From positions 64,001 through 128,000 of the IMG/VR virus record IMGVR_UViG_3300047585_000208: 64,000 bases of DNA. One strand, 5' to 3'. This document shows positions 47,682 to 56,560 of this stretch, piece by piece. The notes beneath the pieces are model-generated. The model ran no database searches. It had not been told where the DNA came from and saw only the letters and a program-made list of their open reading frames with translations. The translations under genes and the position numbers were made by a program. Every line of letters starts with the position of its first letter. The first letter of the stretch is position 1. Source of the stretch: a virus.

Positions 47682-48590
47682 ATGTTATTGGAGCCAATTC
47701 ACGCTGTAACAACCAGTGACGGATACAGCGATTTCCTCAAGATAGCATTGCGGCACAACAGGCATCTAGTAGACAGCCTTGTCGTTGTAACTTCCCCCGA
47801 AGATACAGAATCCCAACTCGTAGCAGGTCAGTTTGACTGCCGCCTAGTCATTACGCGAGAAGCTCGTGAAAATGGCCGGCTTCAAAAAGGTCGCATGGTT
47901 GAGCGCGGACTTCAGCAGCTCCCAGGCGACGGCTGGCGACTTCACTTCGACGCTGATGTAATAATGCCAGCAAGCCTCCGAACATCACTTCAGCGCGGCC
48001 TATACGACAAAGAAGCTATCTACGGCTGCGATCGCTTCAATATCGAGGGCTGGGAAGCTTATCAGAAGTTACTCACTACCGATTGGCCTTACACAGGTTG
48101 GAGGTATCATCACTTCCTTGCTATGACGCCCACTGGTGCGCCTATTGGCTCTCGTTTGGTTCATAGTGACCAAGGTTTCTGCCCAATTGGCTTTTGGCAG
48201 TGTTGGCACTCTTCAGTTGAGATGAGTGGTATTTATCGTACTCGCCCATACCCCGTTGGCTCACGAACCGCTGCTCATGATGATGTTCAATTTTCTCTTT
48301 TGTGGGATCGGTGTAAGAGGATTTTGATTCCAGAGTTGATTGTGGGTCATCTTATTTCGCCCGGTGCTCAATACGGAGAGAACTGGAATGGACGAGTTAC
48401 AGCTCCTTTCGGACCAGATTCAAAGGTTAGACCAGCTTCGCGACGAGGATCAGGCGGCATGTTTGGCGCTAAAGCTGCCGAACCTGCCCAAGGAAATACT
48501 CAAGCCTCTTCTGCGTTATCGAAAAAGCCTGCAAAAGGAGTGCCAACAGCTCCAGGCTCGTCTTCCGGAATGGTATCGCCGCCTTGTTAG
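47682..48590 (+). CDS. glycosyltransferase (GT-A/GT2-like)
   Basis: YSDFL, DAD, IGFWQ and DD motifs. Confidence 0.7.
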   Translation: MLLEPIHAVTTSDGYSDFLKIALRHNRHLVDSLVVVTSPEDTESQLVAGQFDCRLVITREARENGRLQKGRMVERGLQQLPGDGWRLHFDADVIMPASLRTSLQRGLYDKEAIYGCDRFNIEGWEAYQKLLTTDWPYTGWRYHHFLAMTPTGAPIGSRLVHSDQGFCPIGFWQCWHSSVEMSGIYRTRPYPVGSRTAAHDDVQFSLLWDRCKRILIPELIVGHLISPGAQYGENWNGRVTAPFGPDSKVRPASRRGSGGMFGAKAAEPAQGNTQASSALSKKPAKGVPTAPGSSSGMVSPPC

Positions 48591-48616
48591 CGGTTGATTT
48601 AAGTTTCGTTTTTCTT

Positions 48617-48645
48617 AAGCCACCCAACTGTTGGGTGGTTTTTTG
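48617..48645 (+). terminator. intrinsic terminator
   Basis: GCCACCCAA/TTGGGTGGT stem plus T-run. Confidence 0.7.
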
Positions 48646-48678
48646 TTGAGTAACGCATTACTCAGGAGGGGAATTTTA

Positions 48679-49386
48679 ATGTTGATGCAAGAGCTGCTCG
48701 ACATTGCGAAAGAAGAATCTCCGGAGCTTAGTGAGAAATCAGTTCGTCATACGTTGGTTACGCGGTTTGGTGGCGTGGTAAAAGCAGGCTGCCATAGCGT
48801 TAAGGAAAAATGCGGCTGTATACGCGAGCTTCGTTCAGCAGAAATTCCAGCTTCTCGTTGGACTGACTGTCCAGATCATCAATCTGACACTCGCGGAGGT
48901 AGTCCTACTGATCGCGTGTGTCAGTTGCTCAACGATCTTAATTGGACGAGTGATGAGCTTCGGACAGAAAGATGCTTTCCACTTGTGTTTCTGACTGAAA
49001 AACGTGCGGTCGTCGGTTGGCGTAAGAAGTTGCGTAAGGTGCTGTATGCGGAGTTTGGTGACGTCTTAGTTCACGAGTTTGGGCTCTTGGTTCCAACAAT
49101 CAAGGTCGAGACGCTTGTGGAGTTGACCAAGGAGTGTTTGAGATCTCCTGACTGGGCTTTAACGACTATCCAGTCTGCAATTCATGCTACGTATCCTGGT
49201 ATACGCCCTCCTTTGGCTTTATTGACGTTTGTCAAGTCCGCTGAGAAGAACGATGTTTACAAGGCAGTCAAAGCTTTCACATCCGACGCTTCCGGTCAAA
49301 TCTTAATTGGTTCAACCGAAAACGATATCCGCTTTACGAGGATTTTGGAATTATTCATCAAGTGTCATGCAGGGAAAATCGCCTAA
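48679..49386 (+). CDS. hypothetical protein
   Basis: AGGAGG RBS after a palindrome; Cys/His cluster. Confidence 0.7.
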   Translation: MLMQELLDIAKEESPELSEKSVRHTLVTRFGGVVKAGCHSVKEKCGCIRELRSAEIPASRWTDCPDHQSDTRGGSPTDRVCQLLNDLNWTSDELRTERCFPLVFLTEKRAVVGWRKKLRKVLYAEFGDVLVHEFGLLVPTIKVETLVELTKECLRSPDWALTTIQSAIHATYPGIRPPLALLTFVKSAEKNDVYKAVKAFTSDASGQILIGSTENDIRFTRILELFIKCHAGKIA

Positions 49387-49431
49387 CTGTTCTTGCCTCG
49401 GCAGAGGCCTTCCGCCGTAAAAGGAGTCATC

Positions 49432-51153
49432 GTGACTACAGCGTGTATCGCGCCGTCTACTGCAGCTTTCAAAAAGCCTCGCAGTAATCGCCAGTCGAAC
49501 TCATCAGTCATCTGGTCATATTCTGCGAGTAAGCCTCTTACGAATTTGGACGTTATCGAGGATCAGTTCCATCGTGGGTATCAGCTTCGGCGTAATCTTG
49601 TCAGGCTTGAAAATGACCGCAGGAAAAAGCAGCAAGAACTCAGGCAGAAGACTTATCCAAGGCTCATTGAGCTTGAAGAAGCTTTGATCCCGATTGAGAA
49701 AGAAATTCTCGCGATTGAAGGCGGCATTAAGGTTGCACAGAACTCTGAAACGCTTATTAAGTTGAAGGCCGCGCGAAAGCCGTTTCTGGATGAGAAGAGT
49801 AAGCTTGAGGTTGACCTTAGCCTTAATCTGGTATTTCAAGGGGCAGCCGGGATTATCGACAATGCATCAGACGTTTTGAAGAATAACGCTTGTTCTGAAA
49901 GCGGGCTCTACCCAGCAAACATTCAGCAAGTTATCCAGACGGTTAAAAGGACAGGGCTAGCTCCGATCATTGAGCCCGAGTACACCGGTGAAGGAAAAAT
50001 TGCAGTTTATCTACCAGAGGGGCTGTCTCCGGCAGCTTTGTTTGCCGGGCAAAATCGGCTTATCCGGGTAGACCCTGTACCAGCTACCGCCTATGGGCCA
50101 AGACAACCCCACGAGATTGTTGGGCCGACTATTCCGAATCCACGCCGAACGAAAGCTTTCCTGCGAGTCGGGAGAACTGACGCGGAGGCTGTTTGGGCTG
50201 AAATTCCAGTTTTGCTGCATAGACCGTTCCCAGAGGATTGTGCTATTCGGCAGGTTTGGCTGAGTCGGAAAAAGAGCGGGTATAAGTCTGAGTGGAAATT
50301 GCAGTTCACTTGTTGGCACAATCTTACCCGGAAGCGGGCAGATAAAGGTGTTGTTGGGATTGATTTAGGGTGGCGTAAACTCCCGACTGGGCTTCGAGTT
50401 GCTTATTGGGCTGGAGACGACGGTCAGGCTGGCGAGATTGTTATTCCGAATGCACGAATTCATCAGCTTGATCTTGCAGACAACATCGATAGCGAGCGGA
50501 TTGAGATTTGCGCTGAAGAGACTTTGAATCTCAAAAACTGGATTAGCAACCATGCCGTTCCTAATTGGTTGACTGTAGATAGTGTTCCTGAGACGCTCAA
50601 AGGGCTTTTTGATATGGTGTCTGCTTGGATGAGTAATCGATTTGCAGGTGACGAAGCAATTTTCGATCAGCTTATGGCTTGGCGTAAGGAAGAGATGAAA
50701 CTCGCTAATTGGGCAGCTAATCAAAGGAAGAACTTCCAAAATTGGCGCAAGCAGTTTTTCCTGGATCACGTTAGCGATTCAAGAGCGGTTGGTGCCTTTG
50801 CAAAGCTTGCGCAGCGATACCGAACTGCGGTTGTTGAAGATAATCGGCATACACCCCCAAGGCTGAAGGTTCAAGATCGGGGCTTCTCAGAGAAAGAGCG
50901 TGTACAATATCGAAATATTGCTGGTGTGGGGTTGTTTAGCGATATTCTTCGGGACCGCTTGATTGTTAAAGCTGTCCAGGTTCAAAATGCTGCGGTTATG
51001 TGCCATGAGTGCCACCGCATCTGCAAGTGGGAGCAGGTTGAGCTGAAGCATAAGTGTGAGCATCCGGGCTGTCGGGCTGAGTGGGATCAAGATTACAACA
51101 CGAGTAGGAATTTGCTTGCAATCGGTCTTGAAGAGGAAGATAGGGCTGAGTAA
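49432..51153 (+). CDS. Cas12m (type V-U1/C2c4)-like TnpB-superfamily protein
   Basis: Collinear motifs EDQF...LRRNLV, GLYPAN, YTGEGKIAV, LRVG...WAEIPVLLHRPFP, RuvC-I GIDLGWR, RuvC-II VVED, Zn finger, RuvC-III DQDYN. GTG start after AAGGAG. Confidence 0.75.
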   Translation: MTTACIAPSTAAFKKPRSNRQSNSSVIWSYSASKPLTNLDVIEDQFHRGYQLRRNLVRLENDRRKKQQELRQKTYPRLIELEEALIPIEKEILAIEGGIKVAQNSETLIKLKAARKPFLDEKSKLEVDLSLNLVFQGAAGIIDNASDVLKNNACSESGLYPANIQQVIQTVKRTGLAPIIEPEYTGEGKIAVYLPEGLSPAALFAGQNRLIRVDPVPATAYGPRQPHEIVGPTIPNPRRTKAFLRVGRTDAEAVWAEIPVLLHRPFPEDCAIRQVWLSRKKSGYKSEWKLQFTCWHNLTRKRADKGVVGIDLGWRKLPTGLRVAYWAGDDGQAGEIVIPNARIHQLDLADNIDSERIEICAEETLNLKNWISNHAVPNWLTVDSVPETLKGLFDMVSAWMSNRFAGDEAIFDQLMAWRKEEMKLANWAANQRKNFQNWRKQFFLDHVSDSRAVGAFAKLAQRYRTAVVEDNRHTPPRLKVQDRGFSEKERVQYRNIAGVGLFSDILRDRLIVKAVQVQNAAVMCHECHRICKWEQVELKHKCEHPGCRAEWDQDYNTSRNLLAIGLEEEDRAE

Positions 51154-51229
51154 TGCATTACTCAAATGCCACAGCAGAGGCTAAAGTATCTGCTGGACTT
51201 TCAACTCCTTCTAATTGCATGAGCTGATT

Positions 51230-53170
51230 ATGAGCCAGGGTTCTTTCGGTGGAATTTCGTCGTACTCCGGTCTTAACTCTGGGCAATTTCCATCTCCGTG
51301 GTGGGACTATGCTTCGACTGAATTCCCCGAAACGATGCAGTTGGCTCTAAGGTATTGTGAATACATTTTTATAAAGAACGGGATTTACCGGTCAGCCGTT
51401 GATAGACTTCTCTCTTATTTCATTACAGACCTCGACATTTCCGGACCAAAGCTTGGGGAAGACGAGGAAGAGCAGTGGAAGGCCTTTTTCTATAACGATC
51501 TTAGTTACCAGAGCGTTTTACACACAGCTGGCCTAGACGGAGAATGCTACGGCAATTACTTCTGCTCAGTCCTTCCGACTTTTAAGCGTTTCCTTTCTTG
51601 TCCGAAGTGTTTTTACGAAGCGCCACTTCGACGAATCTACAACGACCCGACATTCGCTTTTAAGTGGTCTGACTTTACCCCAAATGCTTTTTGCCCTCGA
51701 TGCAAGACGACGGGCAAATGGAGTATGATTGATCGCCGTACTAGCGAGAATGGCGGGTTTTACATTAAGCGATGGAATCCGCATGAGATGGAGCTTCTTT
51801 GGGACCCGCTCACGGATCAGTGTTCGTACATCTGGAAAGTTCCAGAAGATTACCGCAGAATGATCCGTGAAGGCCACCTCTACCACCTTGAGCGGGCAAC
51901 CAAAGAAGTTATTCAAGCAGTAAAGCACAACAACTATATCCTTTTCGATAAAGATATGGTTTATCACATGCGGGTAGACGCTCTGGCTGGAGTTCGAAAC
52001 AGAGGTTGGGGAATTTCAAAGGTATTGTCGAACTTCAGTCAGGCGTTTTATGTTCAGGTACTCCACCGCTACAATGAGGCTATTGCGCTTGACTATGTGA
52101 TCCCGTTTAGGGTCATTACGCCGGCTCCAGGTGACAAAGGAAGCGGCATTGACCCAATTCTTAGCCAAAACCTTGGCAGTATGGGTGCACAAGTTAACGC
52201 AATGCTTCGTCGTAGACGGCGCGACCCTGCGAGCTGGCATTTCCTTCCTTTTCCGGTTAATTACACAGCGCTTGGCGGCGACGCTAATAAGCTTGCGCCG
52301 TCAGATCTCCTTAAGCTCGGTCGTGAGGATCTTCTCGACAACATCGGTGTTCCGGTTGAACTCTTTAAGGGAACAATGCAGCTACAAGCTGCTCCAGTTG
52401 CTTTGCGGCTTATGGAAGCTGTTCATGCTTCTATTCCGAGGAACCTTAACGGGCTACTTAAGTTCATTACCAAGAAGGTCAGCGCTATCAAGGGCTGGGT
52501 TAAAGCAGACGTTAGGCTAGCTCGTGTTACTCACGCAGACGATCTTAATAGGCAGCAAGCTAAGCTGCAGCTAATGATGGGTGGCCAGATTAGTGCCACT
52601 ACCGGTCTCAAGAGTATTGGCCTAGAGTACCGTGATGAAGTTAAGCGCCAGATGGACGATCAGCACTTTCAAGCTGAAGAGCAAAGCAAGCTTAAAGAAG
52701 AGATGGGGCAAGCTGCAACAATGGAGCAGCTTATCCAATCTCCTCCAGGTGGTGGTGCTCCTGGACAACCTGGTCAGCCTGGACAACAGCAAGGAGGTGC
52801 TCCACAGCAAGGTGGGCAAGGTCAGCCGCAAGGTCAAGGTGGCCCAGCTGCTGGGGCTTATCAATCTGTAACAGCTAATCTTCCGACTGGTCCTAATGAA
52901 AAGGTTAGTCCGGAAGAAATGCAAGAAAAGGCGCAGTATATTTCACAGCAGCTTATGGGCATGGACGCTGGCCAGCGCCAAAGTGAGCTCAGGAAGCTCA
53001 AGCAGGTTGACCCGACTATGCATTCGATTGTTACAGCGTTTATGCGAGATTTGCGGCAGCAAGCTCAGCGGCAAGGCGGAGCTCAGGTATTGGCGCAGCA
53101 ATTTGGAAAATCTGGTGTATGGAAAAATGGATTACTTGGGGTGCCTCACCCAGTTAAGCCTGAAGTTTGA
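51230..53170 (+). CDS. probable portal protein with Zn-ribbon insertion
   Basis: Size and N-terminal YCEY...YRSAVDR pattern; CPKC/CPRC insertion; Q/G-rich tail. Confidence 0.5.
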   Translation: MSQGSFGGISSYSGLNSGQFPSPWWDYASTEFPETMQLALRYCEYIFIKNGIYRSAVDRLLSYFITDLDISGPKLGEDEEEQWKAFFYNDLSYQSVLHTAGLDGECYGNYFCSVLPTFKRFLSCPKCFYEAPLRRIYNDPTFAFKWSDFTPNAFCPRCKTTGKWSMIDRRTSENGGFYIKRWNPHEMELLWDPLTDQCSYIWKVPEDYRRMIREGHLYHLERATKEVIQAVKHNNYILFDKDMVYHMRVDALAGVRNRGWGISKVLSNFSQAFYVQVLHRYNEAIALDYVIPFRVITPAPGDKGSGIDPILSQNLGSMGAQVNAMLRRRRRDPASWHFLPFPVNYTALGGDANKLAPSDLLKLGREDLLDNIGVPVELFKGTMQLQAAPVALRLMEAVHASIPRNLNGLLKFITKKVSAIKGWVKADVRLARVTHADDLNRQQAKLQLMMGGQISATTGLKSIGLEYRDEVKRQMDDQHFQAEEQSKLKEEMGQAATMEQLIQSPPGGGAPGQPGQPGQQQGGAPQQGGQGQPQGQGGPAAGAYQSVTANLPTGPNEKVSPEEMQEKAQYISQQLMGMDAGQRQSELRKLKQVDPTMHSIVTAFMRDLRQQAQRQGGAQVLAQQFGKSGVWKNGLLGVPHPVKPEV

Positions 53171-53215
53171 TACAGTAAGTCGAGGTTGTTTTACTTTCTT
53201 TAAACGGAGTTAAGG

Positions 53216-54199
53216 ATGAAGCGTGTTCTGGTTTGCATCGGCCTTGTTTTGTTTTGTGTCGCCTCTACTGGTTTGGCCGCTCAGCAGCCGACCACGAAAG
53301 TCCCGGATTTGGCTTTTGATAAACTTGTCCAAAGCCTGATTGGGGTGTCTGTTACTGTCGTTACTCCTCGTGGTGAGGGTAGCGGCGTTGTTAAGACTCG
53401 TAAGGTTGACGGAGTTTCGACGAATTTCATTTGGACCGCCGCTCACGTTGTGGCGGGGCTCAGGCACGAACGTTCTATTGTTGACGGCAAGAGCGGTTCG
53501 TCTAAGACGGTCGTAGAGTTCGACGACGCCAAGATCGTCAAAGAGCTCGTTAAAGCCGGTCGAATTACCGGCGAGTCAGCGATGTTTGCTGAAGTTATCC
53601 GCTATAGCGCAGACGAAGATCTCGCGCTTTTGCGTTTGCGTGAAGATGACTTCTTCAAAACTGACGCTGAATTTTATTTGGAAGAGAAAAATGGTAAGCC
53701 TGTTCTGCCATCGATCGGAACTAGGCTTATCCACATCGGGTCGCTGCTCGGGCAATTTGGCTCAAATAGCTACACCTCCGGCGATCTGTCGTACCAAGGC
53801 CGGCTGTTGAATAAGGTCGTGTTTGATCAAACGACTGTTCCAGCTTATCCAGGTAGTTCTGGTGGTGGCGTATATACAGCTTCGGATGGTCGCTGTATTG
53901 GCTTGATCTTGCGAGGTGCTGGTGAAACCTTCAACCTGATTGCGCCGACTCGCAGGATTCACGACTGGGCTAAGAAAGCTGGTGTTGAGTGGGCTATGAC
54001 CGCTAAAGCAGCTATGCCGACAGCGGCTGATCTTGCTCGTATGCCCATTGAGGACAACGGAATTAGCTTTGTCTATTCCGTTCAGCCCGGTAAGGCTGAT
54101 AAAGAAAGCTTCATCGGCGAAGGTCAGCAGTACTATCTCGGTAATCGCGCGGCTGAATTGGCTCTGCCTACTTACTTTAATCTGTCACCCAAGAACTAA
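53216..54199 (+). CDS. trypsin-like serine protease with signal peptide
   Basis: GSG, TAAHVV, DLALL and GSSGGG motifs. Confidence 0.9.
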   Translation: MKRVLVCIGLVLFCVASTGLAAQQPTTKVPDLAFDKLVQSLIGVSVTVVTPRGEGSGVVKTRKVDGVSTNFIWTAAHVVAGLRHERSIVDGKSGSSKTVVEFDDAKIVKELVKAGRITGESAMFAEVIRYSADEDLALLRLREDDFFKTDAEFYLEEKNGKPVLPSIGTRLIHIGSLLGQFGSNSYTSGDLSYQGRLLNKVVFDQTTVPAYPGSSGGGVYTASDGRCIGLILRGAGETFNLIAPTRRIHDWAKKAGVEWAMTAKAAMPTAADLARMPIEDNGISFVYSVQPGKADKESFIGEGQQYYLGNRAAELALPTYFNLSPKN

Positions 54200-55267
54200 A
54201 TGCGGGTTGGCTTTTATTCTTACTGGGGTCTAGGGGATTCATCCGATTTGGCGATCCGCCTTGCAGAGCGTCTCTTAGACCTCGGGATTGATATATCGAT
54301 TTTTCCAACGAATCGACGCCCTAAGCCGCTTCATTTTGCTCTGGACAAGTTTGTAGTTAGAAACAGCGAATCGTTCTCTAGTTGGGCCAGGACTGGGCAG
54401 TTTAGCCATCTTATCTTTGGCGATATGCCCAGTCCTGAGATTTTAAAGTCAATTTCTCAGCCGCAAGACAAGTTCTCTTCAGCGCCCGCCGAAACATACC
54501 TGCTCTGCAATTGGTCTGATTTAAACGAAACAGACGTTCGGCATCTCCATAAGTTGACCGGGGTTATAGCCCCAGCTAAAGCTGTGGCAGCGCTCTTGTC
54601 TAAAAGGGTTAAGCTTCAAAACATCCGGTTACTCCCTTGGGACGCTGGAGTTCCTGTTGCGAGTCGCTCTGACTCTATAAGTCCTTCTGTCATTCGGCTG
54701 TTTTGGCCAGTTACGGTTAATCAGAAGCTTTCTGCGGATAAAGATTTCACAGCGCTACTTGGGCGAGTTTTGAAGGCTCATCCAGTTGTAAAGTTGACGG
54801 TTAGCTGCTCTGGGCATGCCCCTAGTAAGCTTGCTGAAGGTTTTCAGCACTTGCATGTGGTAGCTGGCGATCGGGTTAAGCTACTTAAAGATCTGACTTC
54901 GGAGAAAGAAGCGGTGGTTTGTGGGCAGAGCGATCTAACGCTTTGGCCGAGCCTCATTGAGAATACGGGACTTGTAGGACTGACATCATTGGCGATGGAT
55001 ACCCCGGTTTTGGCGTTTGCTCATCCGGTTATTGAAGAAGTGGTTAGAGATGGGCTTAATGGAAGTTTGATTCCTTGTGTACTGAATTACAACTGGCTTG
55101 GTGTTCCTAGGGTTGAGCCAGATTGGACGGCTTTCGAGTCATGGCTTACTAGGTTAATTGCTAGGCCAGAGCTTTTAACAGCGCTTAGGCTGACTGCCCA
55201 TTTAAGGATGGTTGAGCGACGGATGAAGTGGTTGGCCGGGGTGGATGAGTTATTTCTAACTGAATAA
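54200..55267 (+). CDS. glycosyltransferase (GT-B/GT4-like)
   Basis: PSLIENTGLVGLTSLAMDTPVL...EVVRDGLNG pattern. Confidence 0.75.
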   Translation: MRVGFYSYWGLGDSSDLAIRLAERLLDLGIDISIFPTNRRPKPLHFALDKFVVRNSESFSSWARTGQFSHLIFGDMPSPEILKSISQPQDKFSSAPAETYLLCNWSDLNETDVRHLHKLTGVIAPAKAVAALLSKRVKLQNIRLLPWDAGVPVASRSDSISPSVIRLFWPVTVNQKLSADKDFTALLGRVLKAHPVVKLTVSCSGHAPSKLAEGFQHLHVVAGDRVKLLKDLTSEKEAVVCGQSDLTLWPSLIENTGLVGLTSLAMDTPVLAFAHPVIEEVVRDGLNGSLIPCVLNYNWLGVPRVEPDWTAFESWLTRLIARPELLTALRLTAHLRMVERRMKWLAGVDELFLTE

Positions 55268-55279
55268 GGAGGGCAATTT

Positions 55280-55519
55280 ATGCCGTTTGATTACGGTGTA
55301 GAGCCTATCAAGAAGCTAGGGGATATGTCTGGTTGTGGGAGCGGAGCTGGTAATGGTATAGAGGAGCATGTTTTTGGTTCTGCTTTTACACATGGCTATC
55401 TTGGATTTTTTAGCCAGCGGTTTTATGGCTACTATCCAACTGGTTACGGGTTTACGTATGGGCCAGATTTGCGGGTTGATGAATTCGGGACAGGCACAGA
55501 CTGTGGATTCGTTAAGTAA
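55280..55519 (+). CDS. small Gly-rich protein
   Basis: AAGGAGG RBS; GxG repeats. Confidence 0.65.
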   Translation: MPFDYGVEPIKKLGDMSGCGSGAGNGIEEHVFGSAFTHGYLGFFSQRFYGYYPTGYGFTYGPDLRVDEFGTGTDCGFVK

Positions 55520-55526
55520 ATTGCTA

Positions 55527-55555
55527 TTGACAGCCGGCTGGAATTATGGTAGGCT
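55527..55555 (+). promoter_or_regulatory. sigma70-like promoter
   Basis: TTGACA-N17-TAGGCT with TG before the -10; palindrome 11 nt downstream. Confidence 0.6.
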
Positions 55556-55599
55556 TCTTCCTGAGTTGAGTAATGCATTACTCAGAAGGAGCACTGGCA

Positions 55600-56229
55600 A
55601 TGCAGCTTACATGCGACGAGATTGAATTTTCTCAGCTTCACGATGTCTTAAACTGGGAAGAAGCTCAAAGCTTAGCCCGGTCTGCCCACGCTACCCAAAC
55701 ACATCTAGACGGAGAAAGCAAGCTTACTCATGTTTATGCAGTTAGCGAGCTCGCAAAGGGCTATGCTTTGTACGTCTACGGCTTAAGAGCCGGATTTGAG
55801 AAAAAGTATTTAGTAGAAGTTTGCCGAATCGGTGGGCTTCTCCACGAGGTTGTAGCAAGCGGAATTGACTTTGAAAGGCTGACTCAGGCCGCGGATAAAG
55901 CTGTAACTGAGCTGGTTGTAGCGATTACGCCAGACATTCGCCTTCCAAGGCCAAAGCGCTTTTACATGTACAACAACCAGGTAGGTCTGGCTGATGACAC
56001 AGCGCAAATAGTGGCTTTGGCAGATTTGCGGCACACAGTTACTAGTGTGGCTAAGATAGCTAAGTTGAAATCGTTCTCGTGGCAGACACTTAATGAGTAC
56101 ACTAGGGAAATGCGGGAGATGCTCAGCGTCTTCTACAGGATAGAAAAAGAGCCCAAGATCGCAGCTATCCTTCGGGAGATTAAGGCGTCGATTAAAGCGA
56201 TTGAAGTAGTTGGCCAAACCAAACGGTGA
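55600..56229 (+). CDS. HD-domain protein (Mesh1/SpoT-hydrolase-like, divergent)
   Basis: AHATQ, THVYAV, LLHEVV (HE instead of HD) and ALADLRH motifs. Confidence 0.55.
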   Translation: MQLTCDEIEFSQLHDVLNWEEAQSLARSAHATQTHLDGESKLTHVYAVSELAKGYALYVYGLRAGFEKKYLVEVCRIGGLLHEVVASGIDFERLTQAADKAVTELVVAITPDIRLPRPKRFYMYNNQVGLADDTAQIVALADLRHTVTSVAKIAKLKSFSWQTLNEYTREMREMLSVFYRIEKEPKIAAILREIKASIKAIEVVGQTKR

Positions 56230-56558
56230 TTATGTATCAGAATCTTTTTGACTTTCTTTTTGAGCTTTATCAAAAGAAGCAGTTTTTTATGGACAGCGCG
56301 ACCAAAGCTAGTTATTTAGCAGTTGCGCGAGGGTTTGTTGGCTTTTGTAAGCAGCAGCTTCAAGAAAATCCTCCAGTCAATACGACTGTAGCAGAGTCCG
56401 GTTTTGCGTTTAGGCTACAAGACGGGCAGGTGCTGCAGCTAAATTCTGCTACACCGAACGAGAATAAGTTTTACGAGGCAAGTATCAGCACAACCAAAAG
56501 TAGCCAAATGCCTCACGAGATGCCCGATAGCAGAGTCGTCAATATTACAGGGATGTAA
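56226..56558 (+). CDS. hypothetical protein
   Basis: Coupled ORF. Confidence 0.6.
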   Translation: MIMYQNLFDFLFELYQKKQFFMDSATKASYLAVARGFVGFCKQQLQENPPVNTTVAESGFAFRLQDGQVLQLNSATPNENKFYEASISTTKSSQMPHEMPDSRVVNITGM

Positions 56559-56560
56559 AC

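Noticed and set aside
48590-51230. CRISPR array next to the Cas12m-like gene
   Set aside because: Flanking intergenic gaps are under 100 bp with no regularly spaced direct repeats.
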